DNA of 64,000 nucleotides from Bacteroidia bacterium. Lineage in GTDB: Bacteria; Bacteroidota; Bacteroidia; JACCXN01. Location of the stretch: contig JBKBHS010000004.1 in the NCBI GenBank assembly GCA_046299555.1, positions 52,056 through 116,055 on the forward strand. Direction: 5' to 3'. Shown here piece by piece: positions 19,565 to 30,395 of this stretch (positions are counted from its first letter, which is position 1; every line of letters begins with the position of its first letter). The notes under the pieces were generated by a model that saw only the letters and a program-made list of their open reading frames with translations, was not told the DNA's origin and made no database searches. The translations under genes and the position numbers were made by a program.

Positions 19565-22500
19565 ATGAACATAAAAATTACTATTCCTCTGTTAATTACT
19601 TTAGTTTTAGCCAATGTAAGGTTAAATGCGCAAAATTATCTGCTAAATGCATCAACCAATGGAACAACAATAAATACTTGTACCGGAAATTTTTACGACA
19701 GCGGAGGACCATCAGGAAACTATACTGCCAACCAAAATTTTACTATTACCTTTTGCCCTGATAATTCAACAGGTTCTCATATAGTTTTTAATTTTTCTCA
19801 ATTTGATATAGATAATAATTTACTCGGTGCAGATAATTTGATTGTGTATGATGGCCCGAGTACTGCTTCTCCCATATTAGGTACTTATAACAATGGTTTT
19901 TCTTTAAACGGTTTAACTTTAACAGCATCAAACGGCAATACAAGTGGATGTTTAACTTTTCAATTTACCTCATCTGCATTATTTAATGCAGCAGGATGGG
20001 CTGCAACAATTTCATGTCGTTATCCATGCCAGACTGTAAATGCTGCACTAGCAAGTTCAGTTCCTCCCGTAGTGAATAATGATTACATCAATGCCTGCCC
20101 GGGAGACATCATACAATTTAACGGCACTGGAATTTTTCCTCAAAATAATACCAATTATACGCAATCTAATGCAACCTCATTATTTTATTGGGAGTTTGGT
20201 GATGGTAATACTGCAATTGGCCAGAATGTAACACACAGCTATCCTAATCCGGGTGGTTACCGTGTGAAATTAGTTGTAACCGATGTTAATGGATGCAGTA
20301 GTACTAATTTAATTGACAAACGTGTTCAGATAGCAGAACCTCCAATATTTGCAGGTACATCAGCAACCCAATATACTATATGTTATGACGATTCAACAAT
20401 TTTAACCGGTGTTGTAACACCAATTGAGTGGGAGGAAAGTCCACCGGATCCTATAATGGATACGGTATTTCTGCCTGATGGTATAGGGGTTTGTTATGAA
20501 CCTACCATTACTTATGATATTTTTCCACCGGGAGCTACATTAACCAATATTAATCAACTGGTAGAAGTTTGGGCTATGCTCGAACATTCCTATTTGGGAG
20601 ACTTGTGTATTTCTCTAATTTGTCCTAATGGACAAGAAGTTTATTTGCATAATCAAAATTGTGTTTTTCTTTCTACATTAAGTGGAGATTTAGGAGTACC
20701 GGTTACAGTCGGTAATGCTCCAGGAACACCCTATACATATTCATGGCCAACATCCGGTGCAACTTATGGTACTATGCAAAATCCGGGAGCCGGAATTACA
20801 GGAGGAATGACACGTCCTGCCGGTTCTTATACATCAGAACAATCGTTAAATGGATTGTTGGGATGCCCTTTAAATGGCGATTGGACATTAAAAGTATGTG
20901 ATACTCAAACTCAAGATGACGGATATTGTTTTGGATTTGGTATTACATTCGATTCTTCATTATATGCTAACTTATGGAGTTTTACTCCTGTAATAACTTC
21001 AACACAATGGTTACCAGGAACCGGATTAACAGCTACAAGTTCAACAACTGCACAGGTAGGACCTTTTGCTGCAAATCAGGCTGGAACCTATACATATACT
21101 TTTCAAGCTACTGATGATTTTGGTTGTGTAAATGATACATCAATCACAATTACAGTACTAGGTCCTAACGACCCATTATGTGGTTGTAATATGCCATTTC
21201 CTGATGCCGGAAATGATACTACTGTTTGCAGCCTTAATTTTACATTTAATGCAACTGTACCCGTTGGTGTTGGAACATGGACAGGCCCTGCAGGGGTTGT
21301 TTTTAATAATGCTAACAGCCCAAATGCAACTGTTACGGTGCCTTCACCCGGAACTTATACATTTTATTGGACCGATAATAATACCGCTCCTTGTATTGTT
21401 ACTGATAGTATTACTATAACTTTTACAGCACCGCCAACTGTTAATGCCGGTGCAGACCAAACTATAAACTGTGGGCAAACAGCTACGTTTACAGCAACAA
21501 CTACTAATACTGGAACATATACATATACTTGGAATCCCGGAAACGTAAGTGGAGCTACTTTTACAACAGGAGTTGCAGGTACCTATATTGTTACCATTTC
21601 AGGAAACGGTTGTGTTAATTATGATACCGTTGTTGTAACACAGAATCCAAGCATACAAGTTAGTTTAGGCCCTGATGTAAATTTTGGATGTGGAGCCATT
21701 GGTACTTTAAATGCAACAGTTACTAATGCTGCAGGAAATGTTACCTATTTATGGAGTCCCGGAAATCAAACTACATCGAGCATTAATATTACAAATCCCG
21801 GAACTTATATTGTTACTGTAAGTGATGGCACACCTTGCACTGATTCTGATACCATTCTTGTTACATTTGATCAATTTCCAACAGCTTTATTTTCTAATAA
21901 TAATGTTTGTGCAGGGCAATCAACCTCATTTAGTGATTTGTCAGTAGCTAACACAGGTGTCATTAATAGTTGGAATTGGAACTTTGGAGATAATGTTGGA
22001 ACATCGAATTTGCAAAATCCTAATTATATTTATACCCATGACGGAACCTATAATGTTACACTAATAGTAGGTACAAGTGCGGGTTGCAGTGATACAATTA
22101 CACAATCAATAACAATTCATCCAATACCACAAGCCGATTTTACTGCTGATATATTAGAAGGATGTATGCCATTAACAGTTAATTTTTCAGATATGTCAAC
22201 TATCAGCACTGGTAACATTATTTCTTGGCAATGGAATTTTGGAAATAATCAAGGGTCTATTCAGCAAAATCCGCAACATACATTTACTAATAGTGGAACA
22301 TATTCTGTTAGCCTTACAATTACTTCAAATAATGGATGTACAAATTCAATTACAAAAAGCAATTACATTCAAGTATATCCTTATCCAATAGCTAATTTTG
22401 ATTATTCGCCCAAAGATGCTGATTTGACAATACTAAATCCAAGCGTTAGTTTTTATGATTTATCGGTAGGTGCTACGCAATGGCAATGGTCTTTTGGCGA

Positions 22501-22906
22501 TGGAGACTCTTCTATTATTCAAAACCCAATTCATACCTATGAGATAGATGGAGAATATGAAGTTGTTTTACTGGTAGAAAATCAATGGGGATGTATTGAC
22601 TCAACTAAAAAAGTTTTAAAGGTATTACCCGAATTTACATTCTATATTCCTAATGCATTTACTCCCAATTATGATAAGCATAATCAATATTTTAATGGCA
22701 AAGGAATTGGAATTAGTGAATACGAATTAACTATTTTTGACAGATGGGGGGAACGAATATTTACAACTAATAGTTTAATACATGGATGGGATGGCACTTT
22801 TAAAGGAGTTGAAGCGCAACAAGATGTTTATGTTTATACGGTTAAAATAAAAGATGTATTAAATAGAAACCACAGTTATACCGGGCATTTTAGTTTAATT
22901 CGATAG
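19565..22906 (+). CDS. Large surface protein: CUB-like, PKD, proprotein-convertase P-like domains, further PKD repeats, and type B T9SS (gliding-motility-associated) C-terminal domain
   Basis: GNFYDSGGPSGNY, WEFGDG/WNFGD PKD motifs, HSYLGDL, and FYIPNAFTPN...IFDRWGE...WDGT...DVYVY...GHFSLIR. Confidence 0.88.
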   Translation: MNIKITIPLLITLVLANVRLNAQNYLLNASTNGTTINTCTGNFYDSGGPSGNYTANQNFTITFCPDNSTGSHIVFNFSQFDIDNNLLGADNLIVYDGPSTASPILGTYNNGFSLNGLTLTASNGNTSGCLTFQFTSSALFNAAGWAATISCRYPCQTVNAALASSVPPVVNNDYINACPGDIIQFNGTGIFPQNNTNYTQSNATSLFYWEFGDGNTAIGQNVTHSYPNPGGYRVKLVVTDVNGCSSTNLIDKRVQIAEPPIFAGTSATQYTICYDDSTILTGVVTPIEWEESPPDPIMDTVFLPDGIGVCYEPTITYDIFPPGATLTNINQLVEVWAMLEHSYLGDLCISLICPNGQEVYLHNQNCVFLSTLSGDLGVPVTVGNAPGTPYTYSWPTSGATYGTMQNPGAGITGGMTRPAGSYTSEQSLNGLLGCPLNGDWTLKVCDTQTQDDGYCFGFGITFDSSLYANLWSFTPVITSTQWLPGTGLTATSSTTAQVGPFAANQAGTYTYTFQATDDFGCVNDTSITITVLGPNDPLCGCNMPFPDAGNDTTVCSLNFTFNATVPVGVGTWTGPAGVVFNNANSPNATVTVPSPGTYTFYWTDNNTAPCIVTDSITITFTAPPTVNAGADQTINCGQTATFTATTTNTGTYTYTWNPGNVSGATFTTGVAGTYIVTISGNGCVNYDTVVVTQNPSIQVSLGPDVNFGCGAIGTLNATVTNAAGNVTYLWSPGNQTTSSINITNPGTYIVTVSDGTPCTDSDTILVTFDQFPTALFSNNNVCAGQSTSFSDLSVANTGVINSWNWNFGDNVGTSNLQNPNYIYTHDGTYNVTLIVGTSAGCSDTITQSITIHPIPQADFTADILEGCMPLTVNFSDMSTISTGNIISWQWNFGNNQGSIQQNPQHTFTNSGTYSVSLTITSNNGCTNSITKSNYIQVYPYPIANFDYSPKDADLTILNPSVSFYDLSVGATQWQWSFGDGDSSIIQNPIHTYEIDGEYEVVLLVENQWGCIDSTKKVLKVLPEFTFYIPNAFTPNYDKHNQYFNGKGIGISEYELTIFDRWGERIFTTNSLIHGWDGTFKGVEAQQDVYVYTVKIKDVLNRNHSYTGHFSLIR

Positions 22907-22913
22907 TTATAAA

Positions 22914-24899
22914 TTACATTTCGATTATTACAAATTCAGTTCTTCTGTTTATTGCTCTGTTTGCATCGCTATTGTTTGGAACTAACGGCTTTGTTTCGCC
23001 AAAACCTTTAAATTGTAAGCGCTCTTTACTTATGCCTTTTTCTTGCAAATATTGAGTAACAGAAAAAGCCCTATCAGTAGATAATACTAAGTTTGCTGCG
23101 TCATTTCCCACATCATCGGTATGTCCGTGAATTGCTAGTTTAATATTGGGATTTTCATTTAAATAATTGATTAATTCATCCAATATAAGCAATGATTCAG
23201 ACGTTAGTTCAGCTGAATTTGTTTTGTAATTGATATTATTTAATCGGTAGGAGCTGCCAATTTTTAATTCACTAATTTCTGCATTGGCAATAATTGGTTT
23301 ATACGGATTCCCTGGTTCAACTTTAATAAGTTGCGATTGAAAAGCCATTTCAGGAGCTTTTATCGTGAGGGTTAATTGTTCCGGTTTTTTAACAGCTACA
23401 ACGGCTACATATTTCCCATCATTGGCATCTACATCAAATGTAGCTTTTTCTTTTGTTTCAGGATTTTTAATTTCTACTATAGCGTTTTGAGGTGGTGTGC
23501 CGTCAATAGTTTTTACTTCACCTTTAATAAATACTACTTGTTCCGGACGTGCTTCTTTGTACAATTCAAATGAAAAAATATCATATCCTCCTTTTGCTTT
23601 AGGGCCTTTAATAGCGCTTGACGAAAAGTAACCTAATTTACCATCGGTGCTAACAAAAAAACCAACTTCATCTTCTTCGCTATTTATTGGATAACCTAAG
23701 TTTATAGGTTTATTCCATTTTCCTTTTTCATCAGCTTTGATATAAAAAATATCATATTTTCCAACTCCCGGATGGCCATCTGAAGAGAAATATAATGTTT
23801 GACTATCGGAATGTAGAAAAGGCGATTTTTCGTTTCCATCCGTATTAATAGGAGGACCTAAATTTTGAGCAGGGCCCCAATTTCCTGTTGCATCTCGCTC
23901 AGCTTTGTATAAATCCATTCCTTTACTTCCGGCTCTTGCAGAAGCAAAATAAAGAGTTTTATTATCAGCTGAAATGCTTGGTTGGGCTTCCCAGCCATCG
24001 GAAGTATTAATGTTTGGGCCTAAGTTTTTGGGTTCAGTCCATTGTCCGTTAATGTTATCCGAAACGAAAATATCACAATTTATGCGACCATTAAATGGTT
24101 TGCAAATGGTAAGGTACATATGTTTATTATCGGGGGTAAGCGATGCGCCTCCGTAATTATCGCATAAATTAAATGGGGGAGGAAATGGTGTTCCAACATC
24201 AAATAAATTTTCACCTTTTCTCTTGGCATACGAAAATTCTTCAACAGTTTTTGGGGTTAAATCATCGAGTTTTTTTCGTTCCAAACGTCTTGTAAAAAGC
24301 AATAATTCATTATCCGGTGAAATAATGGCAAGGTATTCATCATCTTTGGTAGAAGTTTCGGCAACACTGGAAGGATTAAAAGGGCGAGGGTTCTCAAAAA
24401 TATCTGCTAAAGTTTTTGCTGATTTTTTCATTTGTTCAGCCATGTTGTAGTCCTCATCTTTTTTAATGAGATCAACATTTTTCATAAATCTATCAAGTAG
24501 TTTGGCGCATTCGGTATATTTTCTTTCTCCATATCTAATTTGAGCTAAATAAAAGTAAGTGTATGGACTGTAATCCGGACAATTATTAATTACAACTTGT
24601 AAATATTTTTCTGCATTTTTAAATGATTGCCCTTCAACGCGGGCTGTTTTAATTATTTCTTCTGCCATTAAAAAGTTGGCTTCCGCATAATCGGGTTCTA
24701 ATTCTAAAGCTTCACGCAAAAATTTTAATCGTTCTTTTTTATCATACTTCTTTTTATTTTGAGCTTCTTTATAAAGCTTTTCTGCTTTCTTATTGCTCAC
24801 TGGAGGACATGCCCCTTCTTTTTCTTCTTGAGCAATAGTTTTATTAAATAAAAAAATTATTGAGAAAAATATAATTAAATATAAACGGTGTTGTAACAT
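22914..24899 (-). CDS. OmpA-family protein with TPR and PD40 repeats (PorE-like architecture)
   Basis: TPR N-terminus, TLYFSSDGHPGVG, LAIHGHTDDVG, LSTDRA, NRRTEF. Confidence 0.88.
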   Translation of the reverse strand: MLQHRLYLIIFFSIIFLFNKTIAQEEKEGACPPVSNKKAEKLYKEAQNKKKYDKKERLKFLREALELEPDYAEANFLMAEEIIKTARVEGQSFKNAEKYLQVVINNCPDYSPYTYFYLAQIRYGERKYTECAKLLDRFMKNVDLIKKDEDYNMAEQMKKSAKTLADIFENPRPFNPSSVAETSTKDDEYLAIISPDNELLLFTRRLERKKLDDLTPKTVEEFSYAKRKGENLFDVGTPFPPPFNLCDNYGGASLTPDNKHMYLTICKPFNGRINCDIFVSDNINGQWTEPKNLGPNINTSDGWEAQPSISADNKTLYFASARAGSKGMDLYKAERDATGNWGPAQNLGPPINTDGNEKSPFLHSDSQTLYFSSDGHPGVGKYDIFYIKADEKGKWNKPINLGYPINSEEDEVGFFVSTDGKLGYFSSSAIKGPKAKGGYDIFSFELYKEARPEQVVFIKGEVKTIDGTPPQNAIVEIKNPETKEKATFDVDANDGKYVAVVAVKKPEQLTLTIKAPEMAFQSQLIKVEPGNPYKPIIANAEISELKIGSSYRLNNINYKTNSAELTSESLLILDELINYLNENPNIKLAIHGHTDDVGNDAANLVLSTDRAFSVTQYLQEKGISKERLQFKGFGETKPLVPNNSDANRAINRRTEFVIIEM

Positions 24900-24913
24900 T
24901 GTTTAAAAATTAA

Positions 24914-24954
24914 AACGTCATTGCATGATTACGTTTTGTAATTGCAATGACGTT
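24914..24954. repeat. 12-bp inverted repeat between AsmA and OmpA genes
   Basis: AACGTCATTGCA (24914-24925) ... TGCAATGACGTT (24943-24954), plus inner ATTAC/GTAAT. Confidence 0.75.
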
Positions 24955-24969
24955 AAATTACAAATAAAA

Positions 24970-27768
24970 TTATTTTAAGGCGTCTGCTTTTTTGCGAGCT
25001 TCATTCATCACGTTGTCGGCATTGGTGTTAGCTTCGTTTTCTACTTTTTTGGCTTTTTCCTCACCTTCTTTTCTAACCTTGTCGGCAGCAGCTTTAGCAG
25101 CAGCTTTTTCTAAAGGATTTTTTGCCTGTGATTCAATTTTTTGAGCTTGAGCATTTGCTTCTGAACGAATTTGATCTGCTAAGCGTTTCCCTTCAGCTTT
25201 AATTTGATCGGCTTTTGCTTGGGCATCTTTCAGAATTTTTTCTGCTTCTGCACTCGCCTTAGCTTTTGCATCTTCTACTACTTCTTTTACTTTTTCCTCA
25301 ACTTTTTCTTTTACTTGCTCTTTAATACTTTCCATAGCATCTTTCCCTTTTTCATGAAGGTTTGTTTTTATGGTAGGTTTTTGAACAGTTCCGCCAATAA
25401 ATATATCTACATTAATTATTTCTCCTATATTAGCATTAATACCTTGTTGTGCTGCTTGAGTAGTTAAATTGTTTAATACAGCATTTGCGGCACCACCAAA
25501 GCGACTGCGAGGAATATTCATAGACCATACATAATCAATGGTTTGATCAAATCCATTAGAACCTCCAACTTTACCTGATATATCTCCAAATTTAATATCG
25601 GTAGGATCTACTTGTACACGCCCGTCTTTAAATTTAAAGGAAACATTTATATTGTTTAATGCTAATTTCTTAAACTGATCCATTTTTAGAGCATCGGCAA
25701 TTTTATTGGTAGGCTCAAAATTTTGAATAACTACACTATTGGTAGAAAGCTTGCCGCCACCCGTTAATGAATTTAAAACAGGTTCCATTTTTTCATCTAA
25801 ATAGCCTGTAACGCTCATTTGTGTTGAAAATTTACCAAAAGCTGTTTTGGCAATAGGAGCCATTTTTTCAACGGTATTAAAAGTTGTAACAGTTTTTTGT
25901 ATATCAAAATTGGCTATATCTAAATAGAAATCAATACCGGGCTTTTTAACATCTTTTGTTTCATAGTAACCTCTCATTGTCATAACTCCATCCAGTAAAT
26001 TCATTTTTAAATTATCTAATGATACTTTACTATCGGCAATACTAACAGCCCCTGAAACATTGGTCATTTCTATATTATCATATATTAATTTTCCAATGTT
26101 TGTATTCATTTTGAAATTAATATTTCCAGGCACTTCAATAACAGAAAGTGGTGTTTCTTCTTCAGTGGTAGTTGTGGTTGTAGCACTTTCTTCTTCTGTC
26201 ATAAATTCATTCAAATCCATTAAGGTTGAATTCATAATAAAGTTGCCTTTAAGCACTCCATCATCTTTAAGCGCATATTCTAAAAATTGCTCCATTTTGC
26301 CGCTGGCATTGATATCTGATTTTCCAATTTTAGCTTCTAATGCAGAAAGTTCAACAATTTTAGGAGAGAAGTTTAAATACATTTTTTTCAGATTTACATC
26401 ATAAGCCAAGTCCTTGCTTTTATAATCCATATCCAACACCATTAACTGACCGGCAAATTCAAACTTATCGTATTGTTCTTTTTCTAATGCAGATACATTT
26501 CCTTTTAAGGTAACATCTGAAACAATGGTGCCATTTAAGCTTTGTCCTTCTTCAAGAGGTATAAATTCTTTAACGCTGCTTAAAATTACTTTTCCTTTTA
26601 TTTCACCATTTACATATGGGTCTGAAACAGGGGTTTTAATGAGCATACGAATATCCACCGGATTTTCGGCCATTTCAACATGAAATTTCTTAATGTCAAT
26701 AACTGTTTTATCCGGATTTCCATCAGGATTGTCAACACGTAAATCTATGTTGATATTGTTTACAGCCTTTGGCAAATCAGGGTATTTAAACATGGCATTA
26801 TCTACCAATAATTTTAAACCAAAGGCAGGCATTGAATTAGTTGCTTCGTTGTATTTCCCTTTTACATACCCATCTAAGCCTAATTTACCACTAGTTTGAA
26901 CAGATGCAAAATCTTTAGCATAAACTGCAGGTACTAATGAAAGTAAATTTTTAAAATCAGTTTTCTTGGCAAAATAGGTCATGTCCATTTCAATTGTTTC
27001 GGTTGGCATGGCTACAAATCCATCAAATCCAAGAAACAATTCGTTTAACTGCAATTCGTTTTCTTTAAAGGTATATTTAGAGCGAACATTGTCAATATCT
27101 ATATCGAATTTTAAACGTGTATTAACTTTATTTAAATAAGTAATTCCATCCATTTTATAAGTTAATGCATCAATGGATGTATTTGTTACAAGTGTAAATA
27201 AATCTTGAGTAAAATCTCCTTCTCCCGAATGGTTTAAATTAACTAGTTCTGCATACATATTTCCGTCTCTATCGTCATACACTACATAAGCATTATTAAT
27301 TTCATAGTTGTTTAATGTCAAGCTGAATTTTGATGGCTCTGATGCAGTTTCAGGAGCTTGTTCTTCTGATGGTATGGTAATATCCCAGTTAGCTTTTCCG
27401 CCTTTTAATACAATAGCTTTGATACGAGGTTCATTAAGTTTTATAGTTTTAATTTTAATTTGATCACCATTTATCACACTCATTAAATCAATTGTAAAAA
27501 CAAAGTTTTTAATGGATGCTAATGTGTCTTTTTCAAATTCTTCAATACCAACTAAACTGAAATCATTTAGCTCAAAAGTGAAATTTGGAAAACTTTTAAT
27601 CAGGCTTAAATCAAAGGAGGTATAATCCATTTTTGCACGAAGATTTTTACTGGCTTCGTCTTTTATCATCTGGTTAATTTTGTCTTTAAATAAAAATGGA
27701 AGCGCAATTAAAATTCCGATAAATAAAACAAAGAATACCGCAATACCGATAAAAATTTTCTTTTTCAT
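24970..27768 (-). CDS. AsmA-family protein with C-terminal Ala/Lys-rich coiled coil
   Basis: N-terminal TM then LSLIKSFPN, long beta-rich body, FKDGRVQV...GGSNGFDQTIDY, KAEGKRLADQIR tail. Confidence 0.82.
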   Translation of the reverse strand: MKKKIFIGIAVFFVLFIGILIALPFLFKDKINQMIKDEASKNLRAKMDYTSFDLSLIKSFPNFTFELNDFSLVGIEEFEKDTLASIKNFVFTIDLMSVINGDQIKIKTIKLNEPRIKAIVLKGGKANWDITIPSEEQAPETASEPSKFSLTLNNYEINNAYVVYDDRDGNMYAELVNLNHSGEGDFTQDLFTLVTNTSIDALTYKMDGITYLNKVNTRLKFDIDIDNVRSKYTFKENELQLNELFLGFDGFVAMPTETIEMDMTYFAKKTDFKNLLSLVPAVYAKDFASVQTSGKLGLDGYVKGKYNEATNSMPAFGLKLLVDNAMFKYPDLPKAVNNINIDLRVDNPDGNPDKTVIDIKKFHVEMAENPVDIRMLIKTPVSDPYVNGEIKGKVILSSVKEFIPLEEGQSLNGTIVSDVTLKGNVSALEKEQYDKFEFAGQLMVLDMDYKSKDLAYDVNLKKMYLNFSPKIVELSALEAKIGKSDINASGKMEQFLEYALKDDGVLKGNFIMNSTLMDLNEFMTEEESATTTTTTEEETPLSVIEVPGNINFKMNTNIGKLIYDNIEMTNVSGAVSIADSKVSLDNLKMNLLDGVMTMRGYYETKDVKKPGIDFYLDIANFDIQKTVTTFNTVEKMAPIAKTAFGKFSTQMSVTGYLDEKMEPVLNSLTGGGKLSTNSVVIQNFEPTNKIADALKMDQFKKLALNNINVSFKFKDGRVQVDPTDIKFGDISGKVGGSNGFDQTIDYVWSMNIPRSRFGGAANAVLNNLTTQAAQQGINANIGEIINVDIFIGGTVQKPTIKTNLHEKGKDAMESIKEQVKEKVEEKVKEVVEDAKAKASAEAEKILKDAQAKADQIKAEGKRLADQIRSEANAQAQKIESQAKNPLEKAAAKAAADKVRKEGEEKAKKVENEANTNADNVMNEARKKADALK

Positions 27769-27848
27769 AATTTTTTAAGTTTGGATTTAAAAGTTTAACA
27801 AAGTTAATTAACAAAATGCTGTAACAATTAAGATAGAATTAAATTTAG

Positions 27849-29090
27849 TTAAGATTTTGAATCAACAATCGTTGCAACCATAATATCGCTGGTTACATTG
27901 GTTACCGTACGGCACATATCTAGTATTCTGTCAACTGCAAAAATTAATGCCAATCCCTCTGGATTTATTCCTACTGATTGTAAAATAATTACCAACATAA
28001 CCATTCCTGCCCCAGGAACAGGAGCTGCGCCTATAGAAGCTAATGTTGCGGTAAGTACAATAGTTAACTGCTGAGGTAAATTTAATTCCATTCCATATAC
28101 TTGTGCTATAAAAACAGCTGCTACAGCCTGATATAAGCTTGTTCCATCCATGTTTATAGTAGCTCCTAATGGAAGAACAAAACCTGATGTTTCTTCTTTT
28201 AACTTCAGATTTTTTTCGCAGCACTCCAATGTAACAGGCAAGGTAGCTGCACTTGAACTAGTGGAAAATGCTAAGGTTTGAGCAGGTAAAATTCCTTTGA
28301 AAAAATCTTTGATAGAGCGTTTGGTGAAAATTTTTAAATAGATGGGATAAATTAAGCAAATCATTAACACTAAGCCTAAAACTACTGTAATGGAATAAAC
28401 TCCTAAAGCTTTTAGCATAGATATATCAGCTTCCAAAGATGCCAACAACGCAAATACACCATAGGGGGCAGCTAACATTATTATGTCAACCATTTTTAAA
28501 ATCACTTCGTTAATGGAGTTGAAAAAACTTTTTATTGGTGCAGTTTTATTTTCAGGTAGTAGTACCATAGCTATACCAAACAACATAGCAAAAAATATTA
28601 CTTGCAACATTCGGGTATTATCGCTCATAGCTCCAAATAGGTTATCAGGCACAATATCTATCAATGGTTGTAAAGGGCCACGTTTACTTACTGATGCAGC
28701 TACCTCAATTTTTTCGCTTGCTTTTGCAGCAAAGGATTGCTGTAATTCTATTCGCTTTGATTCTTCAATACTTTTACCCGGTTGTAAAATATTTACCAAT
28801 AATAATCCAATGCTTATGGCAATTATTGTGGTAGAAATATATAGGGCGATGGTTTTTCCTCCCATTTTAGATAATTGAGAAATATCTTTTAGATTACTGA
28901 TACCATCAATTAAGGATACAATTACTAAAGGAACCGCTATTAATTTTAAGAGATTAATAAAAATAGTTCCAAAAGGCTTTATCCAATCAATTGTAAATGA
29001 TGACCAACCTAATTGAGAAGAAACTAATCCCCAGATAATTCCTAAGAATAAACCAATAAGTATTTTCCAATGAAGCGCAAGTTTTGGCAT
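27849..29090 (-). CDS. Dicarboxylate/amino acid:cation symporter (DAACS/GltP family)
   Basis: FSTSSSAATLPVT, LPLGATINMDGT, ASIGAAPVPGAG, DRILDMCRT; ATG start at 29090 (the track extends into the upstream terminator). Confidence 0.92.
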   Translation of the reverse strand: MPKLALHWKILIGLFLGIIWGLVSSQLGWSSFTIDWIKPFGTIFINLLKLIAVPLVIVSLIDGISNLKDISQLSKMGGKTIALYISTTIIAISIGLLLVNILQPGKSIEESKRIELQQSFAAKASEKIEVAASVSKRGPLQPLIDIVPDNLFGAMSDNTRMLQVIFFAMLFGIAMVLLPENKTAPIKSFFNSINEVILKMVDIIMLAAPYGVFALLASLEADISMLKALGVYSITVVLGLVLMICLIYPIYLKIFTKRSIKDFFKGILPAQTLAFSTSSSAATLPVTLECCEKNLKLKEETSGFVLPLGATINMDGTSLYQAVAAVFIAQVYGMELNLPQQLTIVLTATLASIGAAPVPGAGMVMLVIILQSVGINPEGLALIFAVDRILDMCRTVTNVTSDIMVATIVDSKS

Positions 29091-29123
29091 AAAAAATCCT
29101 CTCAAATTTTGATTTGAGAGGAT
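29091..29123 (-). terminator. Intrinsic terminator of the desaturase gene
   Basis: 11-bp stem ATCCTCTCAAA/TTTGAGAGGAT followed by T-run on the minus strand. Confidence 0.75.
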
Positions 29124-29155
29124 AAAAGTAATGAATTTAAGCGTTGTTTTAAAAC

Positions 29156-30223
29156 TTAGTTTTGACCTAAGTAACGCAAATATTTTACATGTGAAACAAT
29201 TGCAGAGCGCATGTTTGGATGCTCAACATAGGGAACGTTATATTCTGCACATGTTTGTTTAATTATTCTACTGATTTCAGGATAGTGAACATGTGATATT
29301 AGCGGAAATAAGTGATGCTCAATTTGAAAATTAAGACCTCCAACTAACCAAGAAATCAATTTGTTTTTAGTGGCAAAATTGGCAGTGGTTTGTAATTGGT
29401 GAATAGCCCATTCGTCTTCAATTTTATTTTCAGGCATTACAGGTTGCGGAAATTTTGCTTCCATTACGGTATGTGCCAACTGAAATACAATGCTTAAAAC
29501 TATTCCGGTAAATAATCCATAAATTAAGAAACCTATAAACCATGGCAAAAAGCCTACCGTGTATATTGGAAGAGCAATAAATGCAAATAAATGAAATAGT
29601 TTATAAAACCAAAATGAAATATGATGCTTAGCATCGTGTTTCTGAATAGGAACTGCACCAACTTTTCCGGTAAAATATTTTTTATAATCTGTAAAAAATA
29701 TCCAAAAGAAATAAAGTAAAGAATAAGCCAAAACAAAATACCAATGTTGGATACGGTGGATTCCATATTTTTTTTGAGTTTCAGCCAAACGTAAAATTGG
29801 TCCTGCATTGATATCGTCATCTATCCCATCAATATTTGTATAGGTATGATGTACTATATTATGTTTTGTTTTCCATAAATAAACATTGGCGCCTAAAAAG
29901 TTAATAGAAGCTCCTGCAAGTGTATTTACCCATTTTCTATTACTAAAGCTACCATGAGCTCCATCATGCATAACATTAAAACCAATAAAAGCTGTTAATC
30001 CACCTAGAAAAATACATTCTAATGCGGCTAACCAATAATTAGGTGTAAAAAATACAAGATGCACATAAGTGGCAATAAATAAAACTCCAACTAAAATTGC
30101 TTTGCTGTAAAGTTTATAATTTCCGGTAGGTGAGATATTGTTTTCTTTAAAGTAAGTGTTTACTCTTTTTCTAAGTTCTCCATAAAAAGAATTAGAAGGC
30201 ATTGAAAATTTTGGTGTAATCAT
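29156..30223 (-). CDS. Membrane fatty acid (acyl-CoA) desaturase
   Basis: His boxes HDGAHG, HNIVHH, QIEHHLFP; TATCTTTG promoter at 30266-30273 on the minus strand. Confidence 0.92.
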   Translation of the reverse strand: MITPKFSMPSNSFYGELRKRVNTYFKENNISPTGNYKLYSKAILVGVLFIATYVHLVFFTPNYWLAALECIFLGGLTAFIGFNVMHDGAHGSFSNRKWVNTLAGASINFLGANVYLWKTKHNIVHHTYTNIDGIDDDINAGPILRLAETQKKYGIHRIQHWYFVLAYSLLYFFWIFFTDYKKYFTGKVGAVPIQKHDAKHHISFWFYKLFHLFAFIALPIYTVGFLPWFIGFLIYGLFTGIVLSIVFQLAHTVMEAKFPQPVMPENKIEDEWAIHQLQTTANFATKNKLISWLVGGLNFQIEHHLFPLISHVHYPEISRIIKQTCAEYNVPYVEHPNMRSAIVSHVKYLRYLGQN

Positions 30224-30395
30224 AAATGTGTATTGGAATGATAAAAATCATTCATGTTAATAATACAAAGATAATACTAAAACTAATTCAATGATGTTAA
30301 TGAGTGTTATTAAAACTGAACTATCTAATTGTGTGCATAATAACAAAAAAGCCATTGCATTTGCAAAGGCTTTCTTGGCATAAATTCACATTTAG

